Notes: generated by a model not told the origin, from the letters alone. A stretch of DNA of 37,797 nucleotides from Pseudomonadota bacterium (GCA_015222755.1 JADFVX010000075.1:1-37797); one strand, 5' to 3'. Positions 18,035-30,520 are shown, counted from the first letter of the stretch. Program-made: numbers and translations.

Positions 18035-20479
18035 CTATCCCACAGTTGCAAACTCCAGGCGGCCCCTCCACCTCTCCTTAAGCACAGCACCCACTCTTTT
18101 GTTTTCCGGAGATGAAAGTTCCGGGTCGGCGGCTACAAGGGCAAAGGCATCTTCACGTGCCTCTTTGAGTATCTTTTCGTCTTTTATGATATTTCCTATG
18201 CGGAAATCCGGCATACCCGACTGGCGGGTACCAAGGAAATCGCCCGGCCCGCGTATCTTGAGATCCGCCTCGGAGATATCGAAGCCGCTGGTGTAGCGCT
18301 CCATTACTGAGAGCCTCTGCCTTGCCTCATCGGACTTTTGATACTGGGCAAGAAGAATGCAGAGGGATTTTTCGCTTCCCCGCCCCACCCTGCCCCTCAG
18401 CTGGTGAAGCTGGGAGAGGCCAAAACGCTCGGCATGCTCTACCACCATAATGCTTGCGTTGGGGACATCTATGCCCACCTCTATAACGGTGGTAGAAACA
18501 AGTATCGTGATATCCCCGGCCTTGAATGCCGACATGACGGCATCCTTATCGCCCGGCTTCATCTTTCCATGTATGAGGCCTACACTGAAGGAAGGGAAAT
18601 GCGTCTTGATCTCCTCTGCCATGCTTGTGGCATCGAGAAGGTCCATCTTCTCAGACTCTTCAACTAGCGGATAGACAATGTAGGCCTGCCTGCCCTTTCC
18701 AAGTTCATTATTTATTATAGAGTATACCTTCAGGCGGTCGCGCTCATGATAGACCCTGGTATTAATGGGCTGCCTTCCAGGCGGTAACTCGTCTATTACG
18801 GAAAGCTCCAGGTCACCGTATACTGTCATGGCAAGGGAGCGCGGTATGGGCGTTGCCGTCATGACAAGCATGTTGGGATAGCGGCCTCCGGCCCCCATCT
18901 TCTTGAGCTGGGCGCGCTGCATAACGCCAAAGCGGTGCTGCTCGTCTACAATTCCAAGGCCAAGATTTCTAAAGCTGACACCTTCCTGTATCAGGGCATG
19001 GGTACCTATGACGATATCGGCATCTCCGGCTGCTACCTGCTCTATGTACTCACGTTTTTCTTTGCCCTTCTGGCTTCCCTTTATGAGGGCCACCTTAATG
19101 CCCAGCTCTTCTGCAATACTGCCTATGCTCAGGTAGTGCTGCTCGGCAAGTATCTCCGTTGGCGCCATTATGGCAGCCTGATAACCTGCCTCAATGGCGG
19201 TCAGGGCGGAAGCTAAAGCCACCAGGGTCTTTCCGCAGCCAACATCCCCTTGTATGAGGCGATGCATGGGGAAAGGCGCTGCAAGGTCTGCGTCTATCTC
19301 TCCTATTACGCGTTGCTGGGCCGAGGTAAGCTTAAAGGGAAGTAAGGAGATGAGTTTCTTTCGCAATGCATTGGCAGATCTAAGCTCTATGCCCGGCTCG
19401 ATCTCCACACCATGCTGGCGCAGTGCTATGCCTGCCTCAAGAAAAAAGAACTCATCATAAACAAGGCGCCTGTGGGCCTGGGTGCTTTTATCATTCAATG
19501 CCTCTATGTCTGCATCAATTTCCGGGCGGTGTATTATCCTGAAAGCATCCCCCATTGGCATAAGCTTCCTCTGTCTGCGCAGTCTCTCAGGTATACCGTC
19601 GGGTATAGAGACTGCAAACTCATCTACAATGCGGGACATGATTTTGCGCATCCTCCTCTGTCCCAGCCCTTCTGTAAGGGGGTAGACGGGGAGTATCTGC
19701 TTAAAACTCTCAAGGGCATCCTCACCGGCCTTCAGGCGCTCTGCTTCAGGATGTATCATCTCCCTGCTGCCGCCGAAGGACTTTACATCTCCCGAGGCAA
19801 GTATCTGTTCACCTTCCTTGAAATTGGATTTTATATAACGGAGGTTGTAGTTGAACCACTTAAGGGTAAGGGTGCCAGTACCATCGCCTATGACTACCTC
19901 GAAGACCTTGCGCCTCCCCCTTCCCAGAGGCGCTTCCCCCATGGCAAGGACCTCTCCTGCGACCTGCTGAATCTCACCAGACACTAAATGGGCAATCTTT
20001 TTTAGGTTTCGCCTGTCATCATAGCGGTGAGGTACAAGGTAAAGCGCGTCTTCTACGGTATTTATCCCTTTCCTTGCCAGCAGAGAGGATATCTTTGGCC
20101 CTACCCCCTTTATGACTTGCAGCTCTGTAGACATAGCCCTGCAAGAGACCTCAGTATCTACTGAGGAAGCGTGTCTCTCATTACCTTGGGCATCTTGCGG
20201 TTGACCAGGAGTATTTAGGGAATTGATTGTATTAAGGGCTGTGGCAATGTTTTTTTGCCTGTCTTCAAGGGAGAGGCCGTCAAATCTTGCAAAGTCTTGC
20301 CTTAAGGCTTCGAGTTGTGCTTTCTGGATGTCAGATGCAAGGGGATTTGCGCTGTCTATAAGAGTGGGGATGAGACTTGCGAGATCTTTCACCTTGGCAA
20401 GGTTCGCAAAGCCCTTCTTTGATGCAAAGAGAAGCGGCTTTTGAATCGCCAGAAGCCTCTTTTCAAGTTCGCTTTCCAA
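18035..20479 (-). CDS. recG: ATP-dependent DNA helicase RecG
   Basis: Wedge/OB region; QGDVGCGKT, MAPTEILAEQH, DEQHRFG, MTATPIPRSL, HAERFGLSQLHQLRGRVGR, GFDISEADL.IRGPG, QSG. Confidence 0.97.
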   Translation of the reverse strand: MESELEKRLLAIQKPLLFASKKGFANLAKVKDLASLIPTLIDSANPLASDIQKAQLEALRQDFARFDGLSLEDRQKNIATALNTINSLNTPGQPQDAQGNERHASSVDTEVSCRAMSTELQVIKGVGPKISSLLARKGINTVEDALYLVPHRYDDRRNLKKIAHLVSGEIQQVAGEVLAMGEAPLGRGRRKVFEVVIGDGTGTLTLKWFNYNLRYIKSNFKEGEQILASGDVKSFGGSREMIHPEAERLKAGEDALESFKQILPVYPLTEGLGQRRMRKIMSRIVDEFAVSIPDGIPERLRRQRKLMPMGDAFRIIHRPEIDADIEALNDKSTQAHRRLVYDEFFFLEAGIALRQHGVEIEPGIELRSANALRKKLISLLPFKLTSAQQRVIGEIDADLAAPFPMHRLIQGDVGCGKTLVALASALTAIEAGYQAAIMAPTEILAEQHYLSIGSIAEELGIKVALIKGSQKGKEKREYIEQVAAGDADIVIGTHALIQEGVSFRNLGLGIVDEQHRFGVMQRAQLKKMGAGGRYPNMLVMTATPIPRSLAMTVYGDLELSVIDELPPGRQPINTRVYHERDRLKVYSIINNELGKGRQAYIVYPLVEESEKMDLLDATSMAEEIKTHFPSFSVGLIHGKMKPGDKDAVMSAFKAGDITILVSTTVIEVGIDVPNASIMVVEHAERFGLSQLHQLRGRVGRGSEKSLCILLAQYQKSDEARQRLSVMERYTSGFDISEADLKIRGPGDFLGTRQSGMPDFRIGNIIKDEKILKEAREDAFALVAADPELSSPENKRVGAVLKERWRGRLEFATVG

Positions 20480-20494
20480 AGATAGCTTACCCTG

Positions 20495-20695
20495 TCAGCC
20501 TGAAATCGCCTTATTCAGGTCTTTGACCAGTCTTTCAAGGTCAAGCCCGTGTGACCACGCGGCGTTTCTCACTGACTCCTGCTCGATGCCAAGGCATCCG
20601 AAACAGTCCAGTTTGTATTTTTTTACAACGTCTTTGGTTTCCGGGTATTTTTTAAACATCTCGCCTATCTTTGTTTCTTCCGTTATTTTAGCCAT
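20495..20695 (-). CDS. DUF1858 / redox disulfide domain protein
   Basis: IT..T.I.E..KKYP...CFGC...ESV..AA..HGLD...L..DLN pattern with CxxC; SD AGG. Confidence 0.85.
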   Translation of the reverse strand: MAKITEETKIGEMFKKYPETKDVVKKYKLDCFGCLGIEQESVRNAAWSHGLDLERLVKDLNKAISG

Positions 20696-20715
20696 AATCC
20701 TACCAAACCTTATTT

Positions 20716-22221
20716 TTATTTTTTACTAACTCTATTAATTATCTCTATTTCAATTTTTCCAATAAGTGCCATTATCCTAAGCTGTGCCTCAAAAGAGCCC
20801 TCAGCCAGCTTGATATGAGTAGCGTCGGCAGGAAAGCCGCCTAATATGGTATCAATGGCCAGCCATTTACCTACCCAGACTTCATTCCAGGCATGATACA
20901 TAAAGCCCTCATATTCTGTGGAATAGACTATCCCCGAGATGACTTTTGTCGGCAGGCCTGCAGCCCGGGCAAGGGCCGCATAAAGATTGGCATGTGCCTG
21001 GCACTCACCCTCCCCGCTTTTCAGTGTATCAAGAGCCGATACGGTATCTACAAGGCGCTTACCAATATTGCTGTCCATCCAGCTGTATATTTTCCGGGCC
21101 ACCTCTAAGGCAGAAGTCTCACTCCCTGCAATTTCCCTTGAAAGACCTAAAATCTTTTTATTATCCGAGTTAATTACATGGTCTGCCCCAAGGTAGATTT
21201 CGAAGCTGCCATCCCTGGCCGGCAGGCCGAGAACACGCTCAGGCACAGGCTGTGAAACTACGTTAAGTAAATAGTCCACGCTATCGTTTTTATTGACTGT
21301 TTCCACCACGCTTTGATGGATATCATCAATGAAAGGATAGTCACTGGGGACATTTTTAAGCATGACCCGCAGAGTCTTAATATCTCTGGGAGACTGAAGT
21401 TTTATGTTGCTTTTGACCCTCGTTGAAAGCAGCAGCTCAGCCATTGAAAGTGGTGCAGCAGGGGCAAGGGCATCGACTTTTTCGGCGCGAACAAGACGGA
21501 AGCCGTTGGGAGAGACCTCCTCCACAGTGTCCCCTTCTGCTGTGAGGATCAATTCACCTACAATGCCTTTGAAGCGTTCTTCAAAACGATAGAGCTTGGT
21601 CTTTTCACCTCTGAAAAAACCGCTCTCCTCGGCCATGAGCTTAACAGTCACTTTTTCTACTGCAAGTAGCGGCTCAAGGAGGACATCAAAAACAGCCTCT
21701 TCGCCGACCTTCAGCTTCCTGTCAAGGAGAGCCTGTTTCAAAAGGACCGATGTATAGAGATTCTTACTCCAGTCATATAGCTTGCTGCGCCTGTCACCTG
21801 CATTTATCTCTACAAAAAACTTGTCTCCCCTGCGCTCACCACGGACAGACATACGGTGTTCCATGATGTTCTGTCTATAGTCGAAGGCGAAAAGATGTCC
21901 ATCCTTATCAAGATAAGCGGTCTGTTCCAGCTGGGTGAAGGTTTTATCACCCTCTACTTCCATCTCAATATGGGCAAAACTTTTAACCTGCTGGACCTCT
22001 TTCCCGCCCAGAGTGCCACTTGAAGTCACTCCATGGACGTAACCGATCTTCTTTCCCTGAAAAAAAGCCTCCATCCATTCGTCCTGCAAGATAGACAAAG
22101 ACTTAAATTCGCCGTCAACGATTGCCGGTTTTCGTGACTCAGAGTGACAGGCAGGAAGAAATATCAGTAAAACCGCAAGTAAGGCAGCTTTCTTACTTAA
22201 AGGCGACATCCACGATTTCAT
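20716..22221 (-). CDS. Transglutaminase-like domain lipoprotein
   Basis: Lipobox LPAC; GECQAHA, HAWNEVW, D (Cys-His-Asp triad), 'ADATHI'. Start may be ATG 22209. Confidence 0.85.
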   Translation of the reverse strand: MKSWMSPLSKKAALLAVLLIFLPACHSESRKPAIVDGEFKSLSILQDEWMEAFFQGKKIGYVHGVTSSGTLGGKEVQQVKSFAHIEMEVEGDKTFTQLEQTAYLDKDGHLFAFDYRQNIMEHRMSVRGERRGDKFFVEINAGDRRSKLYDWSKNLYTSVLLKQALLDRKLKVGEEAVFDVLLEPLLAVEKVTVKLMAEESGFFRGEKTKLYRFEERFKGIVGELILTAEGDTVEEVSPNGFRLVRAEKVDALAPAAPLSMAELLLSTRVKSNIKLQSPRDIKTLRVMLKNVPSDYPFIDDIHQSVVETVNKNDSVDYLLNVVSQPVPERVLGLPARDGSFEIYLGADHVINSDNKKILGLSREIAGSETSALEVARKIYSWMDSNIGKRLVDTVSALDTLKSGEGECQAHANLYAALARAAGLPTKVISGIVYSTEYEGFMYHAWNEVWVGKWLAIDTILGGFPADATHIKLAEGSFEAQLRIMALIGKIEIEIINRVSKK

Positions 22222-22669
22222 ACTCTTTCGAACCGGCCGGTGTGGTGATAGTTACCTCGTCATCCACATTCCTGCCAATAAGCCCTCTGGCAATAGGGGA
22301 CTGCACGGATATTCTACCTGCATTCACATCGGCCTCATCAAGGCCTACTATCTTGTATGTCACCTTTTGATCTGTATCTATATCACAAATAGTAACGGTG
22401 GCCCCAAAGACCACCCTATCGCCTGAAAGTTTTGATATATCGATTATTTCACAGCAGGCAAGTTTAGTATTAATTTCCTTGATGCGTCCTTCGATAAAGC
22501 CCTGTTTTTCCTTTGCGGCATCGTATTCTGCATTTTCCGACAAGTCACCGTGGTCCCGCGCTACTGCAATCGCTTCTATGACCCTGGGGCGCTCTATTGT
22601 CTTTAATCTTTTCAATTCTTCCTGAAGTGCCTTGTGCCCGTCTACAGTAATAGGCTCTCTTCCTTCCAT
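22193..22669 (-). CDS. greA: Transcription elongation factor GreA
   Basis: ARDHGDLSENAEYDAAKEKQ, VVFGATV, ISVQSPIARGLIG. Confidence 0.97.
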   Translation of the reverse strand: MEGREPITVDGHKALQEELKRLKTIERPRVIEAIAVARDHGDLSENAEYDAAKEKQGFIEGRIKEINTKLACCEIIDISKLSGDRVVFGATVTICDIDTDQKVTYKIVGLDEADVNAGRISVQSPIARGLIGRNVDDEVTITTPAGSKEYEIVDVAFK

Positions 22670-25600
22670 TAATTTGTCTCCTGTTTTTTATGATATTCCT
22701 GTAAGGGCTTTACGCTAAGCCCTTCCTCAAGCTCTGCCTCTATACCCTTAACCGCCGCTTTTGCGCCTGCCACAGTCGTAAAATAAGGTATATTTTTCAA
22801 GAGAGAGGTTCGTCTTATAGAGTATGATGCGGCAATGGCCTCCTTGCCTATAGTCGTGTTTATAACCATGCCTATCTCTGAGCTCTTAAGCCTGTCTACA
22901 ATGTCGGGTCTGCCCTGGCCGACCTTATGTACGAATGTGACAGGAACGTCCCTCTCTATTAGATAGTCTGCCGTACCCTTTGTGGCAACGATCTCAAAAC
23001 TATTTTTGTGAAGGCGCTTAACTGCATCAAAGACGGCAGCCTTGTCCTCATCCCGGACACTGACAAAGATGCGCCCTTCCTTAGGCAACAGCACACCGGC
23101 CCCTTTCTGGGCCTTGGTAAATGCCCGACCGAACTCCTTGTCTATACCCATAACCTCACCGGTAGAGCGCATCTCAGGCCCTAGCAGGGTATCGACTCCC
23201 GGAAATTTCATAAATGGAAAAACGGCCTCCTTGACAGATATAAAATCTGTGCTGATCCTGCCTGAAATACCAAGTTCCTTAAGAGTCATGCCGGACATTA
23301 CTTTAGCCCCGATCTTGGCCAGCGCTACATTGGTGGCCTTGCTGACGAAGGGAACGGTCCTCGATGCCCGGGGATTGACCTCTATGATATAGACCTCGCC
23401 GTCCTTTATGGCGTACTGTATATTCATAAGGCCCTTCACATTAAGCTCCAGTGCCAGAGCCTCTGTCTGCCGGTGTATTTCGTCAAGCATATCCTCTCCT
23501 ACAGAATAAGGAGGGAGTGAACAGGCACTGTCACCGGAATGTATGCCCGCCTCTTCAATATGCTCCATAATGCCTCCCACTACCACGTCGGTGCCGTCCG
23601 ATATGGCATCAACATCAAGCTCTACGGCATCGCTCAGGAAACTGTCTATAAGCACAGGGTGTTCCGGTGAAGCCTTTACAGCGGTATGCATATAAGTTTC
23701 AAGCCCTGCAAGATCGTAGACTATCTCCATAGCCCTTCCGCCCAGCACGTACGAAGGCCTTACAACAACGGGATAGCCGATCTCATCAGCGATCTTTATC
23801 GCTTCGTCCACGGACCTTGCAGTACCATTCTCAGGCTGCTTCAGGCCAAGCTTCTGTAGCATTTCCTTAAAACGTTCCCTGTCTTCAGCCCTGTCTATGC
23901 TGTCAGGGGATGTTCCTATAATAGGCACGCCTTTTTCCCAAAGCGACAGGGCCAGCTTAAGCGGAGTTTGTCCGCCGAACTGCACTATAACGCCTACAGG
24001 CTTTTCTATTTCAACAATATTCAGGACGTCCTCATAGGTAAGAGGCTCGAAGTACAGCCTGTCAGAGGTATCATAGTCGGTACTGACCGTTTCAGGATTG
24101 CAGTTGACCATAATAGTCTCGTAGCCTTCCTCTGCAAGGGCAAAAGAACCGTGAACGCAGCAATAATCAAACTCAATTCCCTGCCCTATGCGGTTAGGCC
24201 CGCCTCCCAGGATAATAATCTTCTTTCTGTCCGTTACATCAGACTCGTCCTCACTCTCGTATGTAGAGTAAAGATAAGGGGTGTGGGCAACAAACTCGGC
24301 ACCGCAGGTATCGACCGTTTTATAGGTAACATTAATTCCGGCAGACAGGCGCTCTAAGCGGACTTCTTCTTCCGTCTTGCCTGAAAGGACGGCTATACGC
24401 CTGTCGGAAAAACCCATCTCCTTGGCCTTTCTAAATACGGCAACATCAATATTTCCACCCTTTGCAGATGCGGCTATTTTAACTTCAAAGGCCACGATCC
24501 GGCGTATATTTTCAAGGAACCAGCGGTCTATCATTGTCAGCTCGAAGACATCATCGATAGACATTCCCCCTCTCAGCGCATCAGCGACATACCATAGCCT
24601 GTCCCACCCGGGAATAGTAAGCTTTTCCCTGAGCTTTGCGCCTTTTTCCTCATCTATACGGCACTTTCCCGACCTGAGCTCTTCAATGCTGAAAAGCTCG
24701 CTTTCAAAGCCGTAGCTGTCGATCTCAAGGGAACGCAGAGACTTCTGAAGGGCCTCCTTGAAGGTACGGCCTATGGACATTGCTTCACCGACAGATTTCA
24801 TCTGCGTTGTCAGGGTCGCATCGGCCTGGGGGAACTTTTCAAAGGCAAACCTGGGGAATTTTACGACTACGTAATCTATAGTCGGTTCAAATGAAGCAGG
24901 CGTTTCCTTTGTTATATCATTCGGTATCTCATCAAGGCTGTAGCCTACGGCCAGCTTTGCAGCTATCTTTGCAATAGGGAAACCGGTTGCCTTGGAAGCA
25001 AGGGCTGAACTCCTTGAAACACGGGGGTTCATCTCTACTATGGCCAGCTTGCCGTTTTCAGGGTTGATTGCGAACTGGACATTTGAACCACCTGTATCGA
25101 CTCCTATTTCACGGATGATCTTTATTGCCGCATCCCTTAAGATCTGGTATTCCTTGTCTGTCAGTGTCTGGGCAGGGGCAACGGTAATACTGTCACCTGT
25201 ATGCACACCCATAGCATCTATATTCTCAATGGAACAGATGATGACGACGTTGTCTTTAGTATCACGCATCACCTCAAGTTCAAACTCCTTCCAGCCAATC
25301 ACCGACTCTTCAAGGAGAACCTCATTGACAGGGCTGGCCTCCAGACCTGCCTTTACCTTCTCTTCATATTCCTCGGCATTGTAGGCTATACTTCCCCCGC
25401 TTCCTCCCATAGTAAAGGAGGGCCTGATAATGACAGGGAAGCCTATTTCGGCAGCTATTGCAAGCGCCTCGTCTATTGTGTGGGCAAAGCCGCTTTTCGG
25501 GACTTCAAGGCCGACACGTTCCATTGCATCCTTAAACTCTTCCCTGTCTTCTGCCATCTTTATGGACTTAAGATTTGCACCGATAAGCTCAACGCCATAT

Positions 25601-25929
25601 TTCGCCAGGACCCCGTTTTCAGCCACTGCCACCGCTACATTGAGGGCCGTTTGTCCTCCCATCGTCGGAAGAATGGCGTCAGGGCGCTCCTTTTCTATTA
25701 TCATCTCCACTACATCCGGAGTTACAGGCTCTATGTAGGTCCTGTCGGCAAAATCGGGGTCGGTCATGATTGTTGCCGGGTTCGAGTTTACAAGCACAAC
25801 CTCAAAACCTTCCTCTTTCAGCGCTTTACAGGCCTGGGTCCCGGAGTAATCAAATTCGCATGCCTGGCCTATCACAATAGGGCCTGCACCGATTATCATT
25901 ATTTTTTTAATATCTGTCCTTTTTGGCAA
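22669..25929 (-). CDS. carB: Carbamoyl-phosphate synthase large subunit
   Basis: [28 protein letters not shown], duplicated ATP-grasp halves (NPRVSRSS / NPRASRT), C-terminal MGS domain; TTG start with AAGGAG SD. Confidence 0.99.
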   Translation of the reverse strand: MPKRTDIKKIMIIGAGPIVIGQACEFDYSGTQACKALKEEGFEVVLVNSNPATIMTDPDFADRTYIEPVTPDVVEMIIEKERPDAILPTMGGQTALNVAVAVAENGVLAKYGVELIGANLKSIKMAEDREEFKDAMERVGLEVPKSGFAHTIDEALAIAAEIGFPVIIRPSFTMGGSGGSIAYNAEEYEEKVKAGLEASPVNEVLLEESVIGWKEFELEVMRDTKDNVVIICSIENIDAMGVHTGDSITVAPAQTLTDKEYQILRDAAIKIIREIGVDTGGSNVQFAINPENGKLAIVEMNPRVSRSSALASKATGFPIAKIAAKLAVGYSLDEIPNDITKETPASFEPTIDYVVVKFPRFAFEKFPQADATLTTQMKSVGEAMSIGRTFKEALQKSLRSLEIDSYGFESELFSIEELRSGKCRIDEEKGAKLREKLTIPGWDRLWYVADALRGGMSIDDVFELTMIDRWFLENIRRIVAFEVKIAASAKGGNIDVAVFRKAKEMGFSDRRIAVLSGKTEEEVRLERLSAGINVTYKTVDTCGAEFVAHTPYLYSTYESEDESDVTDRKKIIILGGGPNRIGQGIEFDYCCVHGSFALAEEGYETIMVNCNPETVSTDYDTSDRLYFEPLTYEDVLNIVEIEKPVGVIVQFGGQTPLKLALSLWEKGVPIIGTSPDSIDRAEDRERFKEMLQKLGLKQPENGTARSVDEAIKIADEIGYPVVVRPSYVLGGRAMEIVYDLAGLETYMHTAVKASPEHPVLIDSFLSDAVELDVDAISDGTDVVVGGIMEHIEEAGIHSGDSACSLPPYSVGEDMLDEIHRQTEALALELNVKGLMNIQYAIKDGEVYIIEVNPRASRTVPFVSKATNVALAKIGAKVMSGMTLKELGISGRISTDFISVKEAVFPFMKFPGVDTLLGPEMRSTGEVMGIDKEFGRAFTKAQKGAGVLLPKEGRIFVSVRDEDKAAVFDAVKRLHKNSFEIVATKGTADYLIERDVPVTFVHKVGQGRPDIVDRLKSSEIGMVINTTIGKEAIAASYSIRRTSLLKNIPYFTTVAGAKAAVKGIEAELEEGLSVKPLQEYHKKQETN

Positions 25930-25931
25930 AG

Positions 25932-26546
25932 TCAGTTCTCCTTAATCTTGTATATATCCTCTAAGTGATAATTTCTAAATCTCTCCCACTTGAGGCTCAT
26001 GTTGGCCAGCATCCTGAGTGCCGATCCCATGTCCTGCCTGTTCTCCGCATCTTTAATCATACGGACAATAAACTTTTTTGCCTTGAGGGGGTGAACAATG
26101 TTAGATCCCGTCAGGTAGTATTTGCCACCATAAGGCAATAGCCTGCCGTCAAGAAGATCTCCGCGATTCAAACCCGCCATGCAACAAGTAGGAGCGGCTA
26201 AATAACGCTTGCCATTACGAAGATCTACAAGATGTGCAAGTTTGTCATCCGCTTTTTTTAGTTCAAAGACAGTTCGCACTCCCTCTTTCAGGCTTTCATA
26301 TATTTCCTTTTCTTCACTGTCTTCAATGGAACCTACAAAATCCTCCAGGAGCGTTTTGCCGCCTGCAGTCCTGTCAAAGATATACCACTCCAGAAAATTG
26401 GCAATCCGCATATCATAGGTCGCCTCATCGCCATGCAAGGGCCCTGAATCCCTGAAATAGCTTGCCCTTGCAGCAGATATATCACCTTCCCGTCCACTTT
26501 CCGATATATAGGCCGTCAGCTTATCAAGAAGCTCCTCTACCTTCAC
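25932..26546 (-). CDS. Hypothetical protein between carA and carB
   Basis: 204-aa ORF, 4-bp overlap with the carA stop and 2 bp from the carB start; 'FLEWYIFDR' motif. Confidence 0.8.
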   Translation of the reverse strand: MKVEELLDKLTAYISESGREGDISAARASYFRDSGPLHGDEATYDMRIANFLEWYIFDRTAGGKTLLEDFVGSIEDSEEKEIYESLKEGVRTVFELKKADDKLAHLVDLRNGKRYLAAPTCCMAGLNRGDLLDGRLLPYGGKYYLTGSNIVHPLKAKKFIVRMIKDAENRQDMGSALRMLANMSLKWERFRNYHLEDIYKIKEN

Positions 26547-27655
26547 GATGACATCATGTCTGTGAAGCGTTTAAAAAGATAGGATGCATCATGAGGCCCC
26601 GGTGATGCCTCAGGGTGATACTGTACGGAAAATGCGGAATACTCTTTTGACGCAATCCCCTCTACAGTCTTATCATTCAGATTGATATGGGTAAGCTCCG
26701 CCCTGCCCTTGAGGGACTCAATATCTACGGCAAAACCGTGATTTTGAGATGTTATCTCCACCTTTCCAGATTGTAAATCCTTAACAGGCTGGTTTCCTCC
26801 CCGATGACCGAACTTAAGCTTGTAGGTCTTTCCTCCCAGTGCGATAGAAAGAAGCTGATGTCCGAGGCATATACCGAAGATCGGTTTTTTGCCCAGCAGA
26901 TTTTTTATGTTCTCCACGGCGTAAGTGACAGGCTCAGGATCGCCCGGGCCGTTTGAGAGGAAAATTCCGTCAGGAGACATTCCCAGCACATCTTTCCAGG
27001 AAGTTGCGGCAGGCACAACGGTAACTCTGCATCCATTTGATATCAGGTTGCGCAGAATATTGCGTTTTATGCCAAAATCATATGCAACAACGTGAAAACG
27101 GCTGTCTCCACCCGCAGTATATCCAGCGTCAAGATCCCAGCATCCTTCCGTCCATGTATAAGCCTCATCACATGTAACTTCTTTAACAAGGTCCCTTCCG
27201 GCAAGGCCGGGAAGTCCCTTGGCTTTGGTCTTGAGGCTGTCAATATCCAGATTTGATGATGATATGATAGCGGGTTGTGCGCCATTATCCCGTATGTGTC
27301 TTACCAGGGCTCGCGTATCTATGCCATGAATTCCTACAACATTATTTTCGGCAAGAAAATCCCCCAGACTGCCCTCTGCACGCCAGTTGCTCGGCATATC
27401 CATATATTCCTTAAGGATGAAGCCGCTGAGATGAGGCTCCTTTGACTCGTAATCTTCCTTATTTACGCCATAGTTCCCTATCTGCGTATAGGTCATAGTC
27501 ACAAGTTCACCCTTGTAGGAAGGGTCTGTAAGTATCTCTTGATAGCCCGTCATGGAGGTATTAAAACAGACCTCCCCCGTCGCCTCACCTGAGGCACCGA
27601 ACGACTCTCCACTAAAGACTGTCCCGTCAGCCAGGACCAAAACTGCATCAGTCAT
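26543..27655 (-). CDS. carA: Carbamoyl-phosphate synthase small subunit
   Basis: [51 protein letters not shown]. Confidence 0.99.
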   Translation of the reverse strand: MTDAVLVLADGTVFSGESFGASGEATGEVCFNTSMTGYQEILTDPSYKGELVTMTYTQIGNYGVNKEDYESKEPHLSGFILKEYMDMPSNWRAEGSLGDFLAENNVVGIHGIDTRALVRHIRDNGAQPAIISSSNLDIDSLKTKAKGLPGLAGRDLVKEVTCDEAYTWTEGCWDLDAGYTAGGDSRFHVVAYDFGIKRNILRNLISNGCRVTVVPAATSWKDVLGMSPDGIFLSNGPGDPEPVTYAVENIKNLLGKKPIFGICLGHQLLSIALGGKTYKLKFGHRGGNQPVKDLQSGKVEITSQNHGFAVDIESLKGRAELTHINLNDKTVEGIASKEYSAFSVQYHPEASPGPHDASYLFKRFTDMMSS

Positions 27656-28937
27656 AATTATCCTCTTTATAGACGACTTTACCGTCTACGATAGTATAAA
27701 CCGCCTTTCCCTTCATCTCCCATCCGTGAAAGGGCGTGTTCTTGCTTTTAGACTTCATCTTTTTCCTGTCAACTTTAAATTTCATCTCCGGATCTATTAT
27801 CGTAATGTCGGCAGGCATCCCTTTTTTAAGGCTCCCGCCCTCGACGCCTATAATGGCAGCAGGATTTACAGAAAGCTTTTCTACCATCTGCGTAAGGCTT
27901 AGCACTCCTTCATCGACAAGTCTTAAGGTCAGGGGTAGCAGCGTTTCCAGACCTATAATGCCATTGGCGGCGTGATCAAACTCTACGTCTTTTTCAATTG
28001 TGGAATGCGGCGCATGGTCTGTGGCGATAAGGTCTATCGTGCCGTCTTTCAGTCCCTCCTTGATCGCCTGAATATCACTACTTTCCCTTAAAGGGGGCGA
28101 CATCTTGGCATCTGTCCTGTAACCCTTTACTGCATCTTCTGTAAGGCTGAAGTGGTGAGGTGCAGCTTCGGCTGTCACCCTTATGCCGCGTCTTTTAGCC
28201 TCTCTAACGAGAGATACAATACCTGCCGTACTTATATGGGCTATATGAAGCTTTGCTCCAGTCAGCTGTGCCAGAGCTATATCGCGCATGACCATAACAT
28301 CTTCTGCTGCCCTTGGTATGCCCTTAAGTCCCATAATTGTGGAGAGGTAGCCCTCGTTCATGGAACCGCCGGCAGAAAGCCCCAGGTCTTCCGGGTGGGA
28401 TATGACGGTCAGATCAAGAGGACGGCAATACTCAAGTCCGACCCGCATCATCTCCGAACTTACAACGGGCATACCGTCATCGGAAACAGCTACAATTCCT
28501 GCTGACTTCATGGAGGCGATCTCCGCCAGCTCCTTGCCAGCCAAGCCCTTTGTCATGGCGCCTATGGGGTAGACCCTTACATGACCGGTATCTCCAGCTT
28601 TTTTGAGTATATCCTGAGTAATGGCGGCATTGTCATTAACCGGCTTTGTATTTGCCATACAGGCAACTGCCGTCACACCGCCTGCAGCGGCTGCCAATGT
28701 TCCGCTTTCTATGTCTTCCTTGTATTCATAACCTGGATCGCGGAGGTGGGTGTGGATATCTATTATACCGGGTATGACTAAAAGTCCATCGGCATCTATG
28801 ACTGTAGCGACATCTGATTTACCCTTCCCTGCGGGGCTTACATCTGCAACTTTCCCATCCTTAAGCAGAAGGTCATATAGCCCGTCAAGACCTTGTGCTG
28901 GGTCAATAAGTCTGCCGCCGCGAATCAGCACTTTCAT
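27648..28937 (-). CDS. pyrC: Dihydroorotase (long, type I)
   Basis: [52 protein letters not shown] 28937 or TTG 28940. Confidence 0.96.
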   Translation of the reverse strand: MKVLIRGGRLIDPAQGLDGLYDLLLKDGKVADVSPAGKGKSDVATVIDADGLLVIPGIIDIHTHLRDPGYEYKEDIESGTLAAAAGGVTAVACMANTKPVNDNAAITQDILKKAGDTGHVRVYPIGAMTKGLAGKELAEIASMKSAGIVAVSDDGMPVVSSEMMRVGLEYCRPLDLTVISHPEDLGLSAGGSMNEGYLSTIMGLKGIPRAAEDVMVMRDIALAQLTGAKLHIAHISTAGIVSLVREAKRRGIRVTAEAAPHHFSLTEDAVKGYRTDAKMSPPLRESSDIQAIKEGLKDGTIDLIATDHAPHSTIEKDVEFDHAANGIIGLETLLPLTLRLVDEGVLSLTQMVEKLSVNPAAIIGVEGGSLKKGMPADITIIDPEMKFKVDRKKMKSKSKNTPFHGWEMKGKAVYTIVDGKVVYKEDNYD

Positions 28938-29866
28938 CAATTATCCCCCTGCTTGAGGCCTGCAAGCAGATATAAGAGAGCCATACGCACTGCAACACCG
29001 TTTTTCACCTGATCCAGAATAAGAGAATGCGAACCATCAGCCACCTCGGGCGCTATCTCAACACCACGGTTTATAGGCCCCGGATGCATTATGACTACAT
29101 CTTTTTTTGCAAGTTCCAGCCTCTTGCTGTTTAGTCCAAAGGCTATAGAATATTCACGCTCAGTGGGGAACAGAGGGTTAGACAGCCTTTCTTTCTGAAT
29201 GCGGAGCATCATGATAACATCGGCACCTTTTATGGCCGCATCTATTGAATAGGCAACATCAACGCCCATCTTTTCGATACCTGCAGGCATCATAGTCGGC
29301 AGGCCGGCGACAACAAGATCTGCACCCATAGTCTTAAGACCGTATATATTTGACCTTACTACCCTGCTATGCTCTATGTCCCCTATAATAGCAACACGGC
29401 ATCCTTCGATACTGCCCTTTGCCTGCCTGATAGTTAAGAGATCAAGCAATCCCTGACTGGGATGTTCGTGGCAGCCATCACCTGCATTTATAACCGATGC
29501 GTCTATAGCCTCCGCGATCATATGGGGCGCCCCGGAAGATGCGTGTCTTACAACTACGACATCGGGGCTCATAGCCTGGAGGTTCCTGGCAGTATCTATA
29601 AGTGTCTCACCCTTGACCGTACTGCTGGATGAGGCGGATATATTGATCACATCGGCACTCATACGTTTCCCGGCGATTTCAAAGGATGTGCGCGTACGTG
29701 TACTGGCCTCAAAGAAGAGGTTGATTATCGTCTTGCCACGCAAAGTGGGTACTTTTTTTATGTCTCTGTCAGAGACCTCCCTGAGCGATTCCGCTGTATC
29801 AAGGATAAGTTCAAGCTCTTCCTTTTTGAGATCGCTAAGGCCCAGTATGTCTTTTCTTTTCAGCAA
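28937..29866 (-). CDS. pyrB: Aspartate carbamoyltransferase catalytic subunit
   Basis: [51 protein letters not shown]. Confidence 0.98.
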   Translation of the reverse strand: MLKRKDILGLSDLKKEELELILDTAESLREVSDRDIKKVPTLRGKTIINLFFEASTRTRTSFEIAGKRMSADVINISASSSSTVKGETLIDTARNLQAMSPDVVVVRHASSGAPHMIAEAIDASVINAGDGCHEHPSQGLLDLLTIRQAKGSIEGCRVAIIGDIEHSRVVRSNIYGLKTMGADLVVAGLPTMMPAGIEKMGVDVAYSIDAAIKGADVIMMLRIQKERLSNPLFPTEREYSIAFGLNSKRLELAKKDVVIMHPGPINRGVEIAPEVADGSHSLILDQVKNGVAVRMALLYLLAGLKQGDN

Positions 29867-29876
29867 TTTAAAAAGC

Positions 29877-30407
29877 CTAATCGTTAATTATTATATCAAC
29901 ACCGATATCGCCTTCAAGGGAAGCCTTGATCACATCGTTTGGCGAAGTAGGTATGTTCTTTCCAACAAAATCTGCCCTTATAGGCAGTTCCCTGTGGCCC
30001 CTGTCTATGAGCACGGCCAGTTTTATCATCTTGGGACGGCCGAAGTCTATGAGTGAATCCATGGCTGCCCTGACAGTCCTACCGGTGTAGAGTACGTCAT
30101 CTACTAAAACAAGCTTTTTATCGTCTACAGAAAAATCTATTTCCGTGCTTCGCAGGGCAGGATGGTGTGTGCCGGCAGAAAGATCGTCGCGGTAGAGGGT
30201 TATATCTACGATCCCCAGGGGAACGTCGAGGCCTTCTATCTTTTTTATCTCCCTGGCCAGCATCTGAGAAACTATGACGCCTCCACTTCTTATTCCAACA
30301 AGCGCAAGGTCACCGATGCCCATGTTTGCCTCAAGTATTTCATGAGCAACCCTTGTGACGGCCCGTTGAACGCCAAGGGCATCTAGAACCTGCTTTTGTT
30401 TAGCCAT
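29877..30407 (-). CDS. pyrR: Bifunctional pyr operon regulator / uracil phosphoribosyltransferase PyrR
   Basis: [43 protein letters not shown]. Confidence 0.97.
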   Translation of the reverse strand: MAKQKQVLDALGVQRAVTRVAHEILEANMGIGDLALVGIRSGGVIVSQMLAREIKKIEGLDVPLGIVDITLYRDDLSAGTHHPALRSTEIDFSVDDKKLVLVDDVLYTGRTVRAAMDSLIDFGRPKMIKLAVLIDRGHRELPIRADFVGKNIPTSPNDVIKASLEGDIGVDIIIND

Positions 30408-30416
30408 AGTGTACCT

Positions 30417-30453
30417 AAAAAAAACCTCTCTGCCCGAAATAGGTAGAGAGGTT
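30417..30453 (-). terminator. Attenuator terminator of the pyr leader
   Basis: AACCUCUCUACC-UAUUUCG-GGCAGAGAGGUU hairpin (one mismatch) running into a U8 tract just before the pyrR SD. Confidence 0.85.
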
Positions 30454-30520
30454 CTGTGACAAATTTAGATTTGCTTGATCCATGAGTCCCTTATTAATCT
30501 CACAGGATTAATTTAAAGGT
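30417..30520 (-). ncRNA. PyrR-binding attenuator leader RNA
   Basis: CCUUUAAAUUAAUCCUGUGAGAUUAAUAAGG (30489-30519) matches the PyrR binding loop (CCUUUAA...ARUCCNGNGAG...AAGG), followed by the terminator. Confidence 0.85.

Noticed and set aside
17093-18296. Long plus-strand ORFs (307 aa, 205 aa)
   Set aside because: Antisense shadows of ppnN/recG with no motifs.
25201-25968. 255-aa plus-strand ORF
   Set aside because: Antisense to the conserved carB.
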